DNA from: Paraspadella gotoi | Taxonomy: Eukaryota > Animalia > Chaetognatha | Assembly: GCA_051294375.1 (NCBI GenBank) | Contig: JBJCIZ010000448.1 | Location: forward strand, 1-59,442 | DNA length: 59,442 nucleotides | Direction: 5' to 3' | Shown here: piece after piece, positions 38,786 through 49,800 of the stretch | How the letters are laid out: every line of letters begins with the position of its first letter | Position numbering within the stretch: the stretch's first letter is position 1 | The notes under the pieces: model-generated | What the model saw: only the letters and a program-made list of their open reading frames with translations | What the model was told of the DNA's origin: nothing | Database searches by the model: none | Made by a program: the position numbers and the translations under genes

Positions 38786-40336
38786 ATGAGTCTTTTCACT
38801 CTTTATCTTTCAAATAAAAAAATTGAGGAAGAACACCAAGGGACAATGTCTACTACGAGTGACTTCTATATAGATTTAACACAGCAGATTGATCTTAACC
38901 AAACAATTCTACCTTTTAAAAGTCCTTTATCTGAAATGAGCATGAACACGTTTCAAATTACAGGGGTTCCTCTTTCTTTCACAAATGAAAATAAAATTTT
39001 TGTTTCTTTAATAATACCAACGGATATAACCAATGTCAATCAGAATTATGGGATTGAGGAAGTATCAACCAGTAACAATACTTATATGTGCATTACCCTG
39101 GACGATCTGACGATGGCGAGATCCAAAGAGGCTATAACATTTATTAACGAAATCTTGAATAATCATTTAAAAACCTACATAATTTTGAAATTCGCTTCTA
39201 TTATTTCGGATTTTAATCTAATTAATATAAACGCTCTGCAATTCAGCAAACATGACGCTAAACCAGTTCTTTCAAGCGACGATTATAAAATACTAAAGTG
39301 GTATCTTGATTGTAGTGTTTATTTCAGAAAAATAATGCACCAGTCGTTTAACACTTACCTACGTGAAGACCTCGAAGATGAGGTTGACTGGATCTACGAC
39401 ACCTCAATTTCGGCGAATGATGAAGCTAAACTGGTCAATAATAGTAAATATTTAACCCCGATGACTGATAGGAAACAGGTTATACAGAAACTGATCGATT
39501 GCAATAAACTACACGAGAGAGACTTATCGCAGCAACATAAAGATATAAAAGATGCCGCAACCGGGGAAATAGAAAGTTGGCTGCAAGATTTACAAGCTTT
39601 ACAAATCGACGAGGAATCGCAAAAACTTACCGAACAAAGTATTGATTCCTTGAAGAAGTTGAGAAAAGACAATATGCAAGTACTGAAGCTATCAACTATT
39701 ATTTTAAAAAATATTAAACCGGCAGCTCAAAGNNNNNNNNNNGAAATTGTGCAACTGGAACTTAATGAGAGGAAAAACAAATGTCGATTCACCTCTAAAT
39801 TTGATAAATTCATGCAAATCGAATATAAAATTGCACTGAGCATTCATTTTAACAATAAAACCTCGCAACTCCTTGGAGCGGAAAGAGGTAAAGATTTAGT
39901 ATTCACCGTNNNNNNNNNNNNNNNNNNNNNNAGCGGCTCTAAAGCGAAAAGGAAGAGAATAAAGGAAGAATATCACAGAATAGGGGTTGACGAACTACTA
40001 CCGTTCGAAGTGATCCCTTTTCCAAGAACCTTACACTTTTTATCTGACTTAACCATAAATCAATGCAGCTATGATGATTCTCGACTGAACGATACTAACT
40101 TTGCAAATCTGAATGTCTTTCACTCGCAGACTATCACGAACAACAATCTTCGTGAATTTTTCGTCTGTAAAAACGATAACGAACTTGCTTTTCACAGAGT
40201 AAAACAAGGGAAAACGATTTTTGGCGGATTCCGAATATTAATCTTGGATGAATATTTCAACCAAGTTTACTTTCCAAAAAAAACATTTATTTACTTTGGC
40301 ATTTCTTTTCGACCAGTATCGTTGAACGATATCTGA
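38786..40336 (+). CDS. Minor capsid protein (penton, single jelly-roll) with large internal insertion
   Basis: N-terminal FTLYLSN...TTSDFYIDLTQQIDL and C-terminal TLHFLSDL...LAFHRV...FRILILDEYFNQVYF...FGISFRP resemble Polinton penton strands; lies between integrase and MCP. Confidence 0.8.
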   Translation: MSLFTLYLSNKKIEEEHQGTMSTTSDFYIDLTQQIDLNQTILPFKSPLSEMSMNTFQITGVPLSFTNENKIFVSLIIPTDITNVNQNYGIEEVSTSNNTYMCITLDDLTMARSKEAITFINEILNNHLKTYIILKFASIISDFNLININALQFSKHDAKPVLSSDDYKILKWYLDCSVYFRKIMHQSFNTYLREDLEDEVDWIYDTSISANDEAKLVNNSKYLTPMTDRKQVIQKLIDCNKLHERDLSQQHKDIKDAATGEIESWLQDLQALQIDEESQKLTEQSIDSLKKLRKDNMQVLKLSTIILKNIKPAAQXXXXEIVQLELNERKNKCRFTSKFDKFMQIEYKIALSIHFNNKTSQLLGAERGKDLVFTXXXXXXXXSGSKAKRKRIKEEYHRIGVDELLPFEVIPFPRTLHFLSDLTINQCSYDDSRLNDTNFANLNVFHSQTITNNNLREFFVCKNDNELAFHRVKQGKTIFGGFRILILDEYFNQVYFPKKTFIYFGISFRPVSLNDI

Positions 40337-40372
40337 ATCATATTTTAATTTGTTCTTTAATCAATATAGATC

Positions 40373-40687
40373 ATGAGCTGGTATAATTCAGCTCATCAAC
40401 AGAACTCTGGTTTTGACGCCAGCATCGCCAGACTCCTCATTCCTTACTTTGAGACGTCGACCGATCAACAAAGTAGCAACACACAGGAAATCAAGGGAAC
40501 CTCAAATCGACAGAAAACTATTACGGCGGATCAAAAACAACGCTCCCCTCCAGAGAGGAACAACGACGCCGGCCGCAAAGAAAAAAGAAAAAGAAAGGCG
40601 ACCATCGAAAAGACCGTAGAAACCGAAAAGGAATCGAATCGAGTCAAACAGAAAAAACAGCGAGTTAACTCTCGTAATTTCATTTGA
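40373..40687 (+). CDS. Small basic putative virion core/DNA-binding protein
   Basis: 104 aa: QQNSGFDASIARLLIPYF followed by a K/R-rich tail; sits between penton and MCP. Confidence 0.55.
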   Translation: MSWYNSAHQQNSGFDASIARLLIPYFETSTDQQSSNTQEIKGTSNRQKTITADQKQRSPPERNNDAGRKEKRKRKATIEKTVETEKESNRVKQKKQRVNSRNFI

Positions 40688-40722
40688 CCGAGGACCGGGT
40701 AAAAAAAAACAAAAAAAACAAA

Positions 40723-41803
40723 ATGGCGGAAGGGATACGATTCGGGGACGCGCCCCTTTCTCGGATCACGCCTGTGGTTACACCGCAAATTGATTCACTC
40801 TTGAATAACAAAGTTTACCTCGAAGACGGGTGTCTCTTTAACGGTATGAGATAAAAAATCCGTTATTCGAATGTTATCCACACATGTCATACTAAGTACT
40901 TAATTTTTTTTCCTCATTAGGTTATGTAAGAATAAACCCAGGTAAATAGATGTGAAATAAAAATCCTTATAGTCGTTTTTCTTCAGTTTTACACCTTTGT
41001 TAATTCTCTCACCCCCTTTACCAATAAGAGGACACGACCGAACTTTCAAAAGGTGAAAACATTTTCTATTTTAGGGTGAATTTTGTCTATCATTTCATCA
41101 CAACGTATTCTTTCAATTTTTAACTTTAGGAGGGCGAGCCATAAGTTTTAGATTCAACGAGAAAACGGCATTTTTGAATCCACATCGCTTTTTTCTGGAC
41201 ATCGAGATTGTCGCTACTAAAGAAGACGGAAGCGCGTTGACAACTTTTGACGTGTCGACTCTCCCTCTGATGGGTCAGGGGATCCTGGACAGCGTTTCTT
41301 TGAACATAGGATCTTCGCAATTGGTTAAGGTATTAATTGAAACGAATGATTTCTTTTTTCAATGATATTTAAAAATATAACGATTGTTTTAGTACGACAC
41401 GAATTACGGGATCATAGCTCGCCTGAACTACATAACTAAATACAGCCTTGCGGCTCGACAAACTTTTCTTCGAGAGTTCGAATATTATATCGAAGACCAG
41501 AACGACGTCGGCAGCACCGACGTTTCAACTTTCTTCGAATCGAAAACCATTGGCGGGGTCTCGAAAAAAGTACCCAAAGGCGAAAATGGCAAACGAACCG
41601 TTTTGCTGCTCGACAAAAATCCGATTAAATTTCGTTTGTCCTTCTTCTCTCCCCTCTCCACGATGAATTGCCTCTTACCCAACAACCTGGACATAACACT
41701 TCAGTTTTACCTAACTAGTCGTGAGTCTTTAAGTTTGTCAAAAAGACGAAAAAAAAAAAAAACAAAAAAGACATAGAACGATTCTTAATCTCGTCTCTCT
41801 CCG

Positions 41804-41834
<31 letters not shown>

Positions 41835-42768
41835 GGAGAGATACTTTATCACACAGACCGCCGGATTAAAACCGAAATTCTCTGTCAAATGTAATCTAAT
41901 TTTTATTTTTATTGGTAACTTATGACGATTAATCAATAATTCCTTATTACTTTTTAAGCTTGCTGTTTGTATGCCAACGTCATTCTACTGCGTCAGAACC
42001 TCCTGGAGAAAATCGAGAGTGCTTTGATCGCCCGCCCGATCCAAGTCAATTACAATGTGAGAAATACCTAATCATTAAAAATATATAATTATTTGATTTG
42101 ATACTTATTGGTTATTTTTAAGGCCACATTCGCCAAAGTTTACTCATTGGAAACAGGAATTACAAACAAATTTATTACCTTGACGTTAAAGAATAGCTTT
42201 TCCTTCGCCGTTGTCCTACTTCATAAAAACACGGTCCACAACGGTACGCTAGCGTCATCGATCCAAGTATTTGGAAGGGAAAAATTGGCACGTGCATTTC
42301 TCGAAGTAGGGATTAGTTCCAAGATCCCCTCCCTCCCCCTCGGAAATTCGGGTAAGAAAACAATTAAATAAACCGGTATGATCAAATAAAAGTATAATTT
42401 TTTACTCAGGCGACGTGGACGGTTACTCTTTCGTCAACGAGTGGGCGAGGAAAGCATCGTACCAACACGTCTGCGATACATTCAACTTTTTGACGGAAAA
42501 AGGAACTGAGGACTTCACTTTACAGGACTTTCTTAATACACGGTTTATGTTACCCTTCAAACTGTCTCCCTCCGTGAACAATATCAATCTAGACGACGCG
42601 CAGTCGCTACAGTCGACAATAAATCCAGGAAATCAATATCGTTTATACTTAGAGTTTGAGGAGCCTTTAACTCATGTTTTAAACGTAACGGTGGTTTTCA
42701 CGCAAGCTCGATCATTATTAATAAAATCTAACAGGTTGGTCTTCCAATCTGTTGACGTCGAGCAGTAA
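40723..42768 (+). CDS. Double-jelly-roll major capsid protein, 9 exons, 478 aa, intact
   Basis: Exons 40723-40843, 40921-40941, 41029-41052, 41130-41329, 41393-41720, 41834-41890, 41959-42056, 42123-42351, 42410-42768 total 1437 nt with no stops. Motifs AISFRF..FLNPHRFFLDIEIVATKEDGS, NYGIIARLNYITKYS, LLPNNLDITLQF, FMLPFKLSP, YRLYLEFEEPL match the Polinton MCP pattern. Confidence 0.93.
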
Positions 42769-42808
42769 CTGACTAACTAACCACAATTTTAAATGTTATT
42801 TCCAAAGT

Positions 42809-43354
42809 ATGGATTTTACAGAAAATAATCTTGTCACTTCGGACAGTGACTTGAAAAAAATTTTGAAGAAAGACAAATTGAGTTATAATACTATTTTGAA
42901 AGGAAAACTTATTCTTTCTTACGACGAAATGCATAACANNNNNNNNNNTAGAATAAAAAAACATAAAATTGCTATAATAATAAATACTTTATCTACTAAA
43001 GAAGCAGAGTTCGATAAAATCGGTCATTGGTTAATATTATGCGTTTATCTTGTAAATAATGTTGCTGTAATTATTGATCCGTTGGAGAGGCTGGAAGAGG
43101 ATTTTCCGCACGTTAATAGAATAATAATCAATTTTTGTTCAAAAAATTTGTTTTCATTAAAAAGATTGCGCCTGAAATCGCAACATGATAAATCAAAAGC
43201 CTGCGGTTTGCAGATTTTATTCTATTTGAGAATGTTTTCTCATAATAATAATACAAATTATCTTTTTAAACTAAAAACGCTATTGCTAAAATATTCATTA
43301 GCAACAATCGAAAATTTTGTCATAAAATCTGTAATTAAAATGTTTCATTTGTGA
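42809..43354 (+). CDS. Adenain-like (clan CE) capsid maturation cysteine protease
   Basis: IIINT...IGHWLILCV...IIDPLE...SQHDKSKACG: His, Asp, Gln, Cys in adenovirus-protease order; directly after MCP. Confidence 0.9.
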   Translation: MDFTENNLVTSDSDLKKILKKDKLSYNTILKGKLILSYDEMHNXXXXRIKKHKIAIIINTLSTKEAEFDKIGHWLILCVYLVNNVAVIIDPLERLEEDFPHVNRIIINFCSKNLFSLKRLRLKSQHDKSKACGLQILFYLRMFSHNNNTNYLFKLKTLLLKYSLATIENFVIKSVIKMFHL

Positions 43355-43365
43355 TTTGATGCAGG

Positions 43366-43578
43366 ATGCCAGGCGTAGACTTGAACTTAACACCGTTCGT
43401 TAACAGAATTAAGACTTTTTTCTGGAAAGTACTAATCTCAATAGCCCTCATCAGCCTAGTAATTTCAAATTGGCTATCTCTTGAGTTTCCAAACCTCTTT
43501 CACAAGAATGTAAACGATTCCAACGACACCGACTCGAAGAGTGATAAGTGGAATTTAAAATTGTCTGTTTTGAACTGA
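43366..43578 (+). CDS. Small single-pass membrane protein (70 aa)
   Basis: Hydrophobic FFWKVLISIALISLVISNWLSL; acceptor GATGCAG|gATG upstream; AATAAA overlapping the stop. Confidence 0.5.
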   Translation: MPGVDLNLTPFVNRIKTFFWKVLISIALISLVISNWLSLEFPNLFHKNVNDSNDTDSKSDKWNLKLSVLN

Positions 43579-43812
43579 ATAAAAAAAACCAAGAACATGT
43601 TTACTTCGAAGAATATCGATCTGGCACCACTGCAACGGAACTTGCCGCAAACGGAAGCGACAAGGAGGCACCCGCCGTCGACGAAGAAGGAGACAGAAAA
43701 GAAAGAAGGTAAAACGGATGCTCTTTTTACTTTCCCGACCGAAACCAAACGGATCGGTTATTTTTTTTCACTTATATTACAAAGGGACGAGCGAAAAAAT
43801 AGTTTTTGCTAA

Positions 43813-43945
43813 GATTAGGGTGGGGTAGGGTTAGGGTTAAGGAGGTTAGGATTAGGAACAGTTAAGGTTAAGGACGGTTAAAGGTTAGGGATAGTTAGGA
43901 TTAGGGTTAGTTAGGATTAGGGGTAGTTAGGATTAGGAGTAGTTA
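43813..43945 (+). repeat. Degenerate telomere-like (TTAGG/TTAGGG) tract with G-quadruplex motif
   Basis: GATTAGGGTGGGGTAGGGTTAGGGTTAAGGAGGTTAGGATTAGG...GTTAGGATTAGG; four G3 runs at 43818-43836. Confidence 0.8.
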
Positions 43946-44281
43946 CTAGTTACCCTCGGTTTCAGGTTTTGATCAAAGTAGGTTATAGTAATATTCTATT
44001 CTTTTTATCGCAAAGATTTTTTTTTTTCCTTTTGCCCTTATAAGAAGCGGAAAAAAAAAACTGACCGGCGTACCCTAACCGGGTTAAAGTACAATACTTA
44101 CAAACATCACTAACAAAATAGGATATAACATAGGAACTAACACTTCTTTTTTTGCTTTCTTTAAGGGGGGTTCGTCGATAAGAAGGAGGGCGGTCTCGTC
44201 AGTCACTCAACGGAAAACTAGAAGGAAAAAAAGACGATAAAAAAATGAAAGGAACAATTCAAAAGCCGAATCGATTTTAGT

Positions 44282-46624
44282 ATGAGTCACACCGACCGTT
44301 ATGTATTATTAATATTTGTTACTACAATTCATGCCTTGGAATATTTAATATACACTCAAGTTTGAAATTCATTTTTTTCTACAAATCTATTTCTTATTTT
44401 TGACGATGATAATGATAAGAAGCCCACCCAAACGAGTTTTTAAAAATTAGCTTAATGACTTAATTATTTCGAAAAAAGATTTACTTTACCACATCTGTTC
44501 GCTTGTTGCAAAAATCCTTGAAAAGAAAAAAAAAAACTGGAGTGGAAACACAATGACACTTGAAAAATCATTAATAGAAAGAAAAAAATTAGATAACTTG
44601 AGTGAGAAAGGACAAATTAATTGCGGAGTTTTGGCTCATGAAGTTTTAAAATTTTATTCCGGTCCAGCTTCTTTAAACGAAAACGAATAGTAGTACAACC
44701 CGTAGTGGGAGTAAAATCACGTATTGAAAAGATAAGGGTTTTCTTTTTTTTTTAAAAAAAGGGGGGGGGAAAGCATAGCCATTGTTACATGAACACAAAT
44801 ACTAAAACAATAAAAAGACTCTCATCTTAAGCATTGAATTCAAAAAATGGAATTGTTTAAACAAAACTGCATTAAAGTCGCGAGAGTAAAGTGTCATTTT
44901 ACAATTATCAAAAGTTTTCAAATTGTAACTCAAGGACGTTAAAAACGATTGCTTTTTAAATCATTTGAACCCTTCTCCCTCGGACTCTAGTTTAAAATCA
45001 TCAGAAGTCGATTTTAACACTTCGAGAATCCTAAATACACACTCTCCGCTTAATGACCAGACAGAAATTTTTTTACTCGCGATGACCGCAAGATATTCTC
45101 CCCACCTTAAACTCTCCAGAACTAGTTCACCGCTCTTTTTCCAAAAACCTCTTCGTCGATGATACACAGAGATGTTTCTTCATCGATTTCATCACACACT
45201 CTCTCCACCCTTACCAGTCTCCAACAAGAATCGAATCAACATTCACGAAACTGTTCACCCCTCGTTTCTCTCCAACGACAACGAACGCGACGGAATTTAC
45301 CAACGATAGTACGACGGTTAAAGGACCGTTCCCCTTTCGTTTTTCTCCGACGAGGAAACCGCGATGAAAGGGCAATGGGACAGTCACCAGACCATCCAAG
45401 CCTCTTCGTTCCTCTCCGACCGTGGAAAGCACGACGAACAACGCAAATGTCGCAGCACGTGTGTCAGTTTGTTCCTGTTCATTCTGCTCTCCTCACTGAC
45501 CGTTGCAATAATTCCTCCAAAAAAATTCGTCGTCGATCGGTACGTTTGTTAATTCATTGCTTTTAAGACAAAATACAAACCACGTAACAGTTTTTTTTGT
45601 TTTTTTTCAGCTAAGCGAGAGAATCCTGGATTGGAGAAGACGACGTTTATGTAACGAGATCAGGAGACGACAAGAAATACAACTTCGACAAATTCCGTTC
45701 ACAGTCGAAAATCCGGCTTCTATTTCTCTTCCGAATCAAGATAATCCTGCAACTCCGAGCGAGGAAAACGCGAACTCAGTCACGTCGTTTTCTTCCCCGT
45801 CTCATGGTAATTTTTCCTCTCTCTCTCGCTAACTCGCTCGACTCAATCAGGTTCTTACTAAATCACTCACACACTTCTCAATCACTCTCGCTCAATCACT
45901 CCTCAATCACTCACTCACTCGATCACTCTCTGCTCGATCTCCCTTCACTCAATCACTAGCTCAATCACTCTCTCCTCTCTCTCTCTCTCTTTACTTTTAT
46001 ACAATAACCAAACTCAATAACTTAATGTGTTATTATTTTATTGTATACTATACCATTTTTGTTCAGCTCCTCCCGCTCTTCTCCAGAACTTAGCACGGTA
46101 TGAAAACGACTACGAGGAAATCTCAAATTTGGAGGTGGGACGGTTTCGTCGAATCGATAAGGCGAGAAATGACTTTAATTAATTAACGAATCACTTTTAT
46201 TAATTATTTGAAATATGTTACAGTTTGTCTCAAATGCACAAGAACCTGCTTGTACCAGAACAGGGAGACGAAAACTATTTAAACCTGTCAGGTGAAACAA
46301 ATCAAATTCATATTTCTTTTATTAAAACATCTCAAAAAGACTAAAACTTTCTTTGTTTATTTTCTGCTACAGTTTGTTCAAATGCACAAAACCCGCTGTG
46401 TTCAGAAACAGGGAACGAAAACTATTTAGAAACTGTCAGGTGAATGCAAATAAATTCATAACTTTTTTATTAAAAACATCTCAAAAAGACTAAAACTGTT
46501 TCTTATTTTATTTCTGCTAGCTCGGTTCACACGAAAACTCTGACGTTCAACTTCCATTGGCCTCCAAAGCGAAAACAAAACAAAAAATAAACTTTTCTTG
46601 GTTTTAAGCGGGAAGATGATTTAA
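44282..46624 (+). CDS. Putative type-I membrane glycoprotein: signal peptide, Cys-containing ectodomain, S/T-rich stalk, TM helix, Tyr/Pro-motif cytoplasmic tail (multi-exon, frameshifted)
   Basis: MSHTDRYVLLIFVTTIHA; S/T-rich stalk ~44965-45440; TM SLFLFILLSSLTVAII followed by a basic stretch; intron 45540-45610; tail exons encoding DEN(D/N)YEEI, EQGDENYLEPV, ENYLETV and VQLPLPPKRKK...KMI*. Consensus taken from both copies. Confidence 0.62.
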
Positions 46625-46879
46625 GCCAAAATAATCATGTCTTCCAATTTTTTTCTTTGTAATTTAAAAATCCTCGAAAAAAAAAAATTAGAATTACTTA
46701 CTACTTATTTCACAAAAATCCGTCTTAAACTTAGATTTGAATGCGTAATTCGACGCTGCGACTCTGTAACTAGCACCAAAAATCACTTCAACAAAAAACT
46801 ATAGCGCGACGGCAGCGCATTCAGTTCCCTATTTTTCTTTCGAAGTCTATAGAACTTTTCGTCCGAAAACTTAGAACCC

Positions 46880-49800
46880 GATTTAACTACTGTGCCAATT
46901 GAGACGATCTTCGTGCTTTCCTATGAAAAAACTTTTTGAAAGGCCTCCCTCTCTCTCGCTCTGAAGCAAACAACGAAAATTGTCTGCAATTGCGCCGTTT
47001 AAAATTGGCGGTCTTCCGTGGCTCTGCTCTTTTTTTCTCTCTCGGTTTTTTCTTGAGACTCTGCTCTTTGAGATCTCGCAGCGTCGCTGCTCGGAGGAGA
47101 CCCTCATTTTAAAACGCGCCAATTCAGACAAATTTCGTTTTTCCTCTAGAGAGAGAGAGAGAGTCAGAGTCGAACCTCTGAATGCCTGATTCGCAGCTCC
47201 AGCGACTCTGTCTCTTTTTCTCTCTCTGTTTTTTTGAGACTCTGTTCTCTTTCGAGGATCTCGAGCGTTCCTCGCTCGAAGAGAGCCTATTTAAATTGCG
47301 CCAAGTTCAGACCAAATTTCGTTTTTTCGCTCAGATGAGAGAGAGAGCAGAGTCGAGTCGAACCTTCGTAATGTTGCTGCTCCGCGCGAACTCTTCGTAT
47401 TTTTTCGACTTCTGGGAAACCAAAAATTTTGCGAGCGCGACTCGACAGAGTCCTCAAAGAGATCAGAGGAGAGAGCGACAGCAGTCTCGTCAAGAGACAG
47501 AGATGAGAGCTGAGGATCTATGTAAACAATGAAATTGGTAAATCTTTGTATATAATTAGTCCATCTTTGTAATTTTTTTTGTCTTTTGTCTAATTTATTT
47601 TACATTTTCTTTTAAAATGTGTACATACATATATTGCTACACGCGCTCATCTATACTTACTTGCATTGTCTACTGTTCTAAATTTCTCACATCTCTGTAC
47701 ATTAATAAATCATATCCAAACTCAAAAATCTCTCTCTCTCTCTCTCTCGTCTCCTGATGGACATAATCGCAAAATTGTGCTGAATCTGGCGGCACCATTT
47801 TAAATCGATCTCGTCCTATGCAGAAAAACTTTTTAAAGTACCTCTCTGCTCTCTTGCTCTGATGTGAACAAAATCGCAAAATGAACTCTGTCTTCTCTCT
47901 CCGTTTCTCTGAGACTCTGGTCTCTCAGAGATTCGAGTTGTTCTCTCGGCTCGGCGGCTAGGAGGGACGGAATTTTCAAAATAGTGTCCAATGCAGACAA
48001 TTCTCTGCTGCAGGATATTAACGAATTTTGTTCTGAATTGGCACATTTAAAATGGGGTCTCCTTCGAGCCGTCCTGGCCAGAGAGATGAAAAAAAAGACA
48101 GAGTCCAATCTCAAAGAGACAGAGCTCTCAAAAAAAACAGAGAGAGAAAAAGAGACGAGTCGCTGAGCTTCTAATCGTAGCATTCGCAGCTGTTCGACTC
48201 TGACTCTCTCTCTCTCACTGCAGGAAAAACGCAAAATTTGTCTTGAATTGGGCGCCGTTTTAAATACGGCACGCTCGAATCTCAAAGAGACTGAGTCTTC
48301 CAAAAAAGAGAGAGAAAAGAGACATGATCGCGGAGCTTCGAAGATCGCGCATTCTCGAGGCTTCGACTCTACTTTCTCTCTCTCTAAAAAACGAAAATTT
48401 GTCTGAATATCGCGCGTTTTTAAATCAGGGTCGTCCTCGAGCAGGAGCTCGAAAATCGGTGACGATGTTTCGAAGAGACAGAGGATGAGGAGAGAGTCTC
48501 AAAACAGCAGAGAGAAAAAGAGACAGACAGTCGCGGAGCTCGAATCTCTCTCTGTCTCTTATAAGACCTCTCTCGCGCTCACACAACTTTTTTTGTTTCC
48601 CGAAGTCGAAAAATCAGAGTCTCGAAGAGACACGAGAGAGACGAGAGAGACACGAAGTTCGAACCTCGAATGTTGGTCCGCCGGCAACAGGACGCTTCGG
48701 AATCCTCAAAGAGACAGTAGTCTCCAAAAAAACAAGATGAAGAAAAAGACGGATCAGAGTCGCTGGAACTCTTCATATTTTTTTGACTTACGGTTGAAAC
48801 TCAAAATTTTGTGAGCGCGAGGACAGAGTCTCAAAGAGACAGAGAAGAGAGCTCGAATCGAGACAGGTAGGTCTCGAAATCTCTCTCTTTTTTNNNNNNN
48901 NNNNNNNNNNNNNNNNNNTCCACCCTTACCAGTCTCCAACAAGAATCGAATCAACATTCATCGAACTGTCACCCCCCGTGCGCTAACGAACACGAACTCC
49001 GACGCAATAAACCATCGATAGTACGACTTGTTAAAGCGACCGTTCCCCTTTCGTTTTTCTCCGACGACGGAAACCGCGATGAAAGGCAATGGGACAGTCA
49101 CCAGACCATCCCGAGCCTCTTCGTCCTCTCCGACCCGTGGAAAGCACGACGACAACGCAATAGTCGCAGCCACTGTTCGATCAGTTTGTTCCTGTTCATT
49201 CTGCTCTCCTCACTGACCGTTGCAATAATTCCTTCAAAAACAATTCTCGTCGGATCGGTACGTTTGTTAATTCATCGCTTTAAGACAAAATACAAAACCA
49301 ATCGTACACATTTTTTTTTTTTGCAGCTAAGCGAGAGAATCCTGGATTGGAGAAGACGAACGTTATTGTAAATCGAGATCAGGAGACTGACCAAGAAATA
49401 CAAACTTCGACAAATTCCCGTTCAACGCTTCGATAAATCCGTTCTATTTTCTCCCGAATCAACTATACTCCTACAATCATCCGAGCGAGGAAAACACGAA
49501 CTCGTCACGTCGTTTATCTTCCCCGCTCATGTATTTTTCTCTCTCTCTCGCTAACTCGCTCACTCAATCAAGTTACTTACTACAATCACTCACACACTCT
49601 CAATCACTCTCACTCAATCACTCCCTCAATCACTCAACTCACCTCGATTCACTCTCGCTAGCGATCCCTCACTCAATCACTAGCTCAATCACTCTCTCTC
49701 TCTCGCTCTCTCTCTCTCTCTTTACTTTTATAAATAACCAAACTCGAAACTTAATGTGTTATTATTGTTATTACTATACCATTTTTTTTCAGCTCCTCCC

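Noticed and set aside
43939-43953. AGTAGT after the telomere-like tract as the element terminus
   Set aside because: Wrong orientation for a right end (ACTACT expected) and no TIR-like context; the 52501 junction fits better.
48879-48893. ATCTCTCTCTTTT as a SMRTbell adapter remnant
   Set aside because: Only 13 nt in a (CT)-rich region; not distinguishable from chance.
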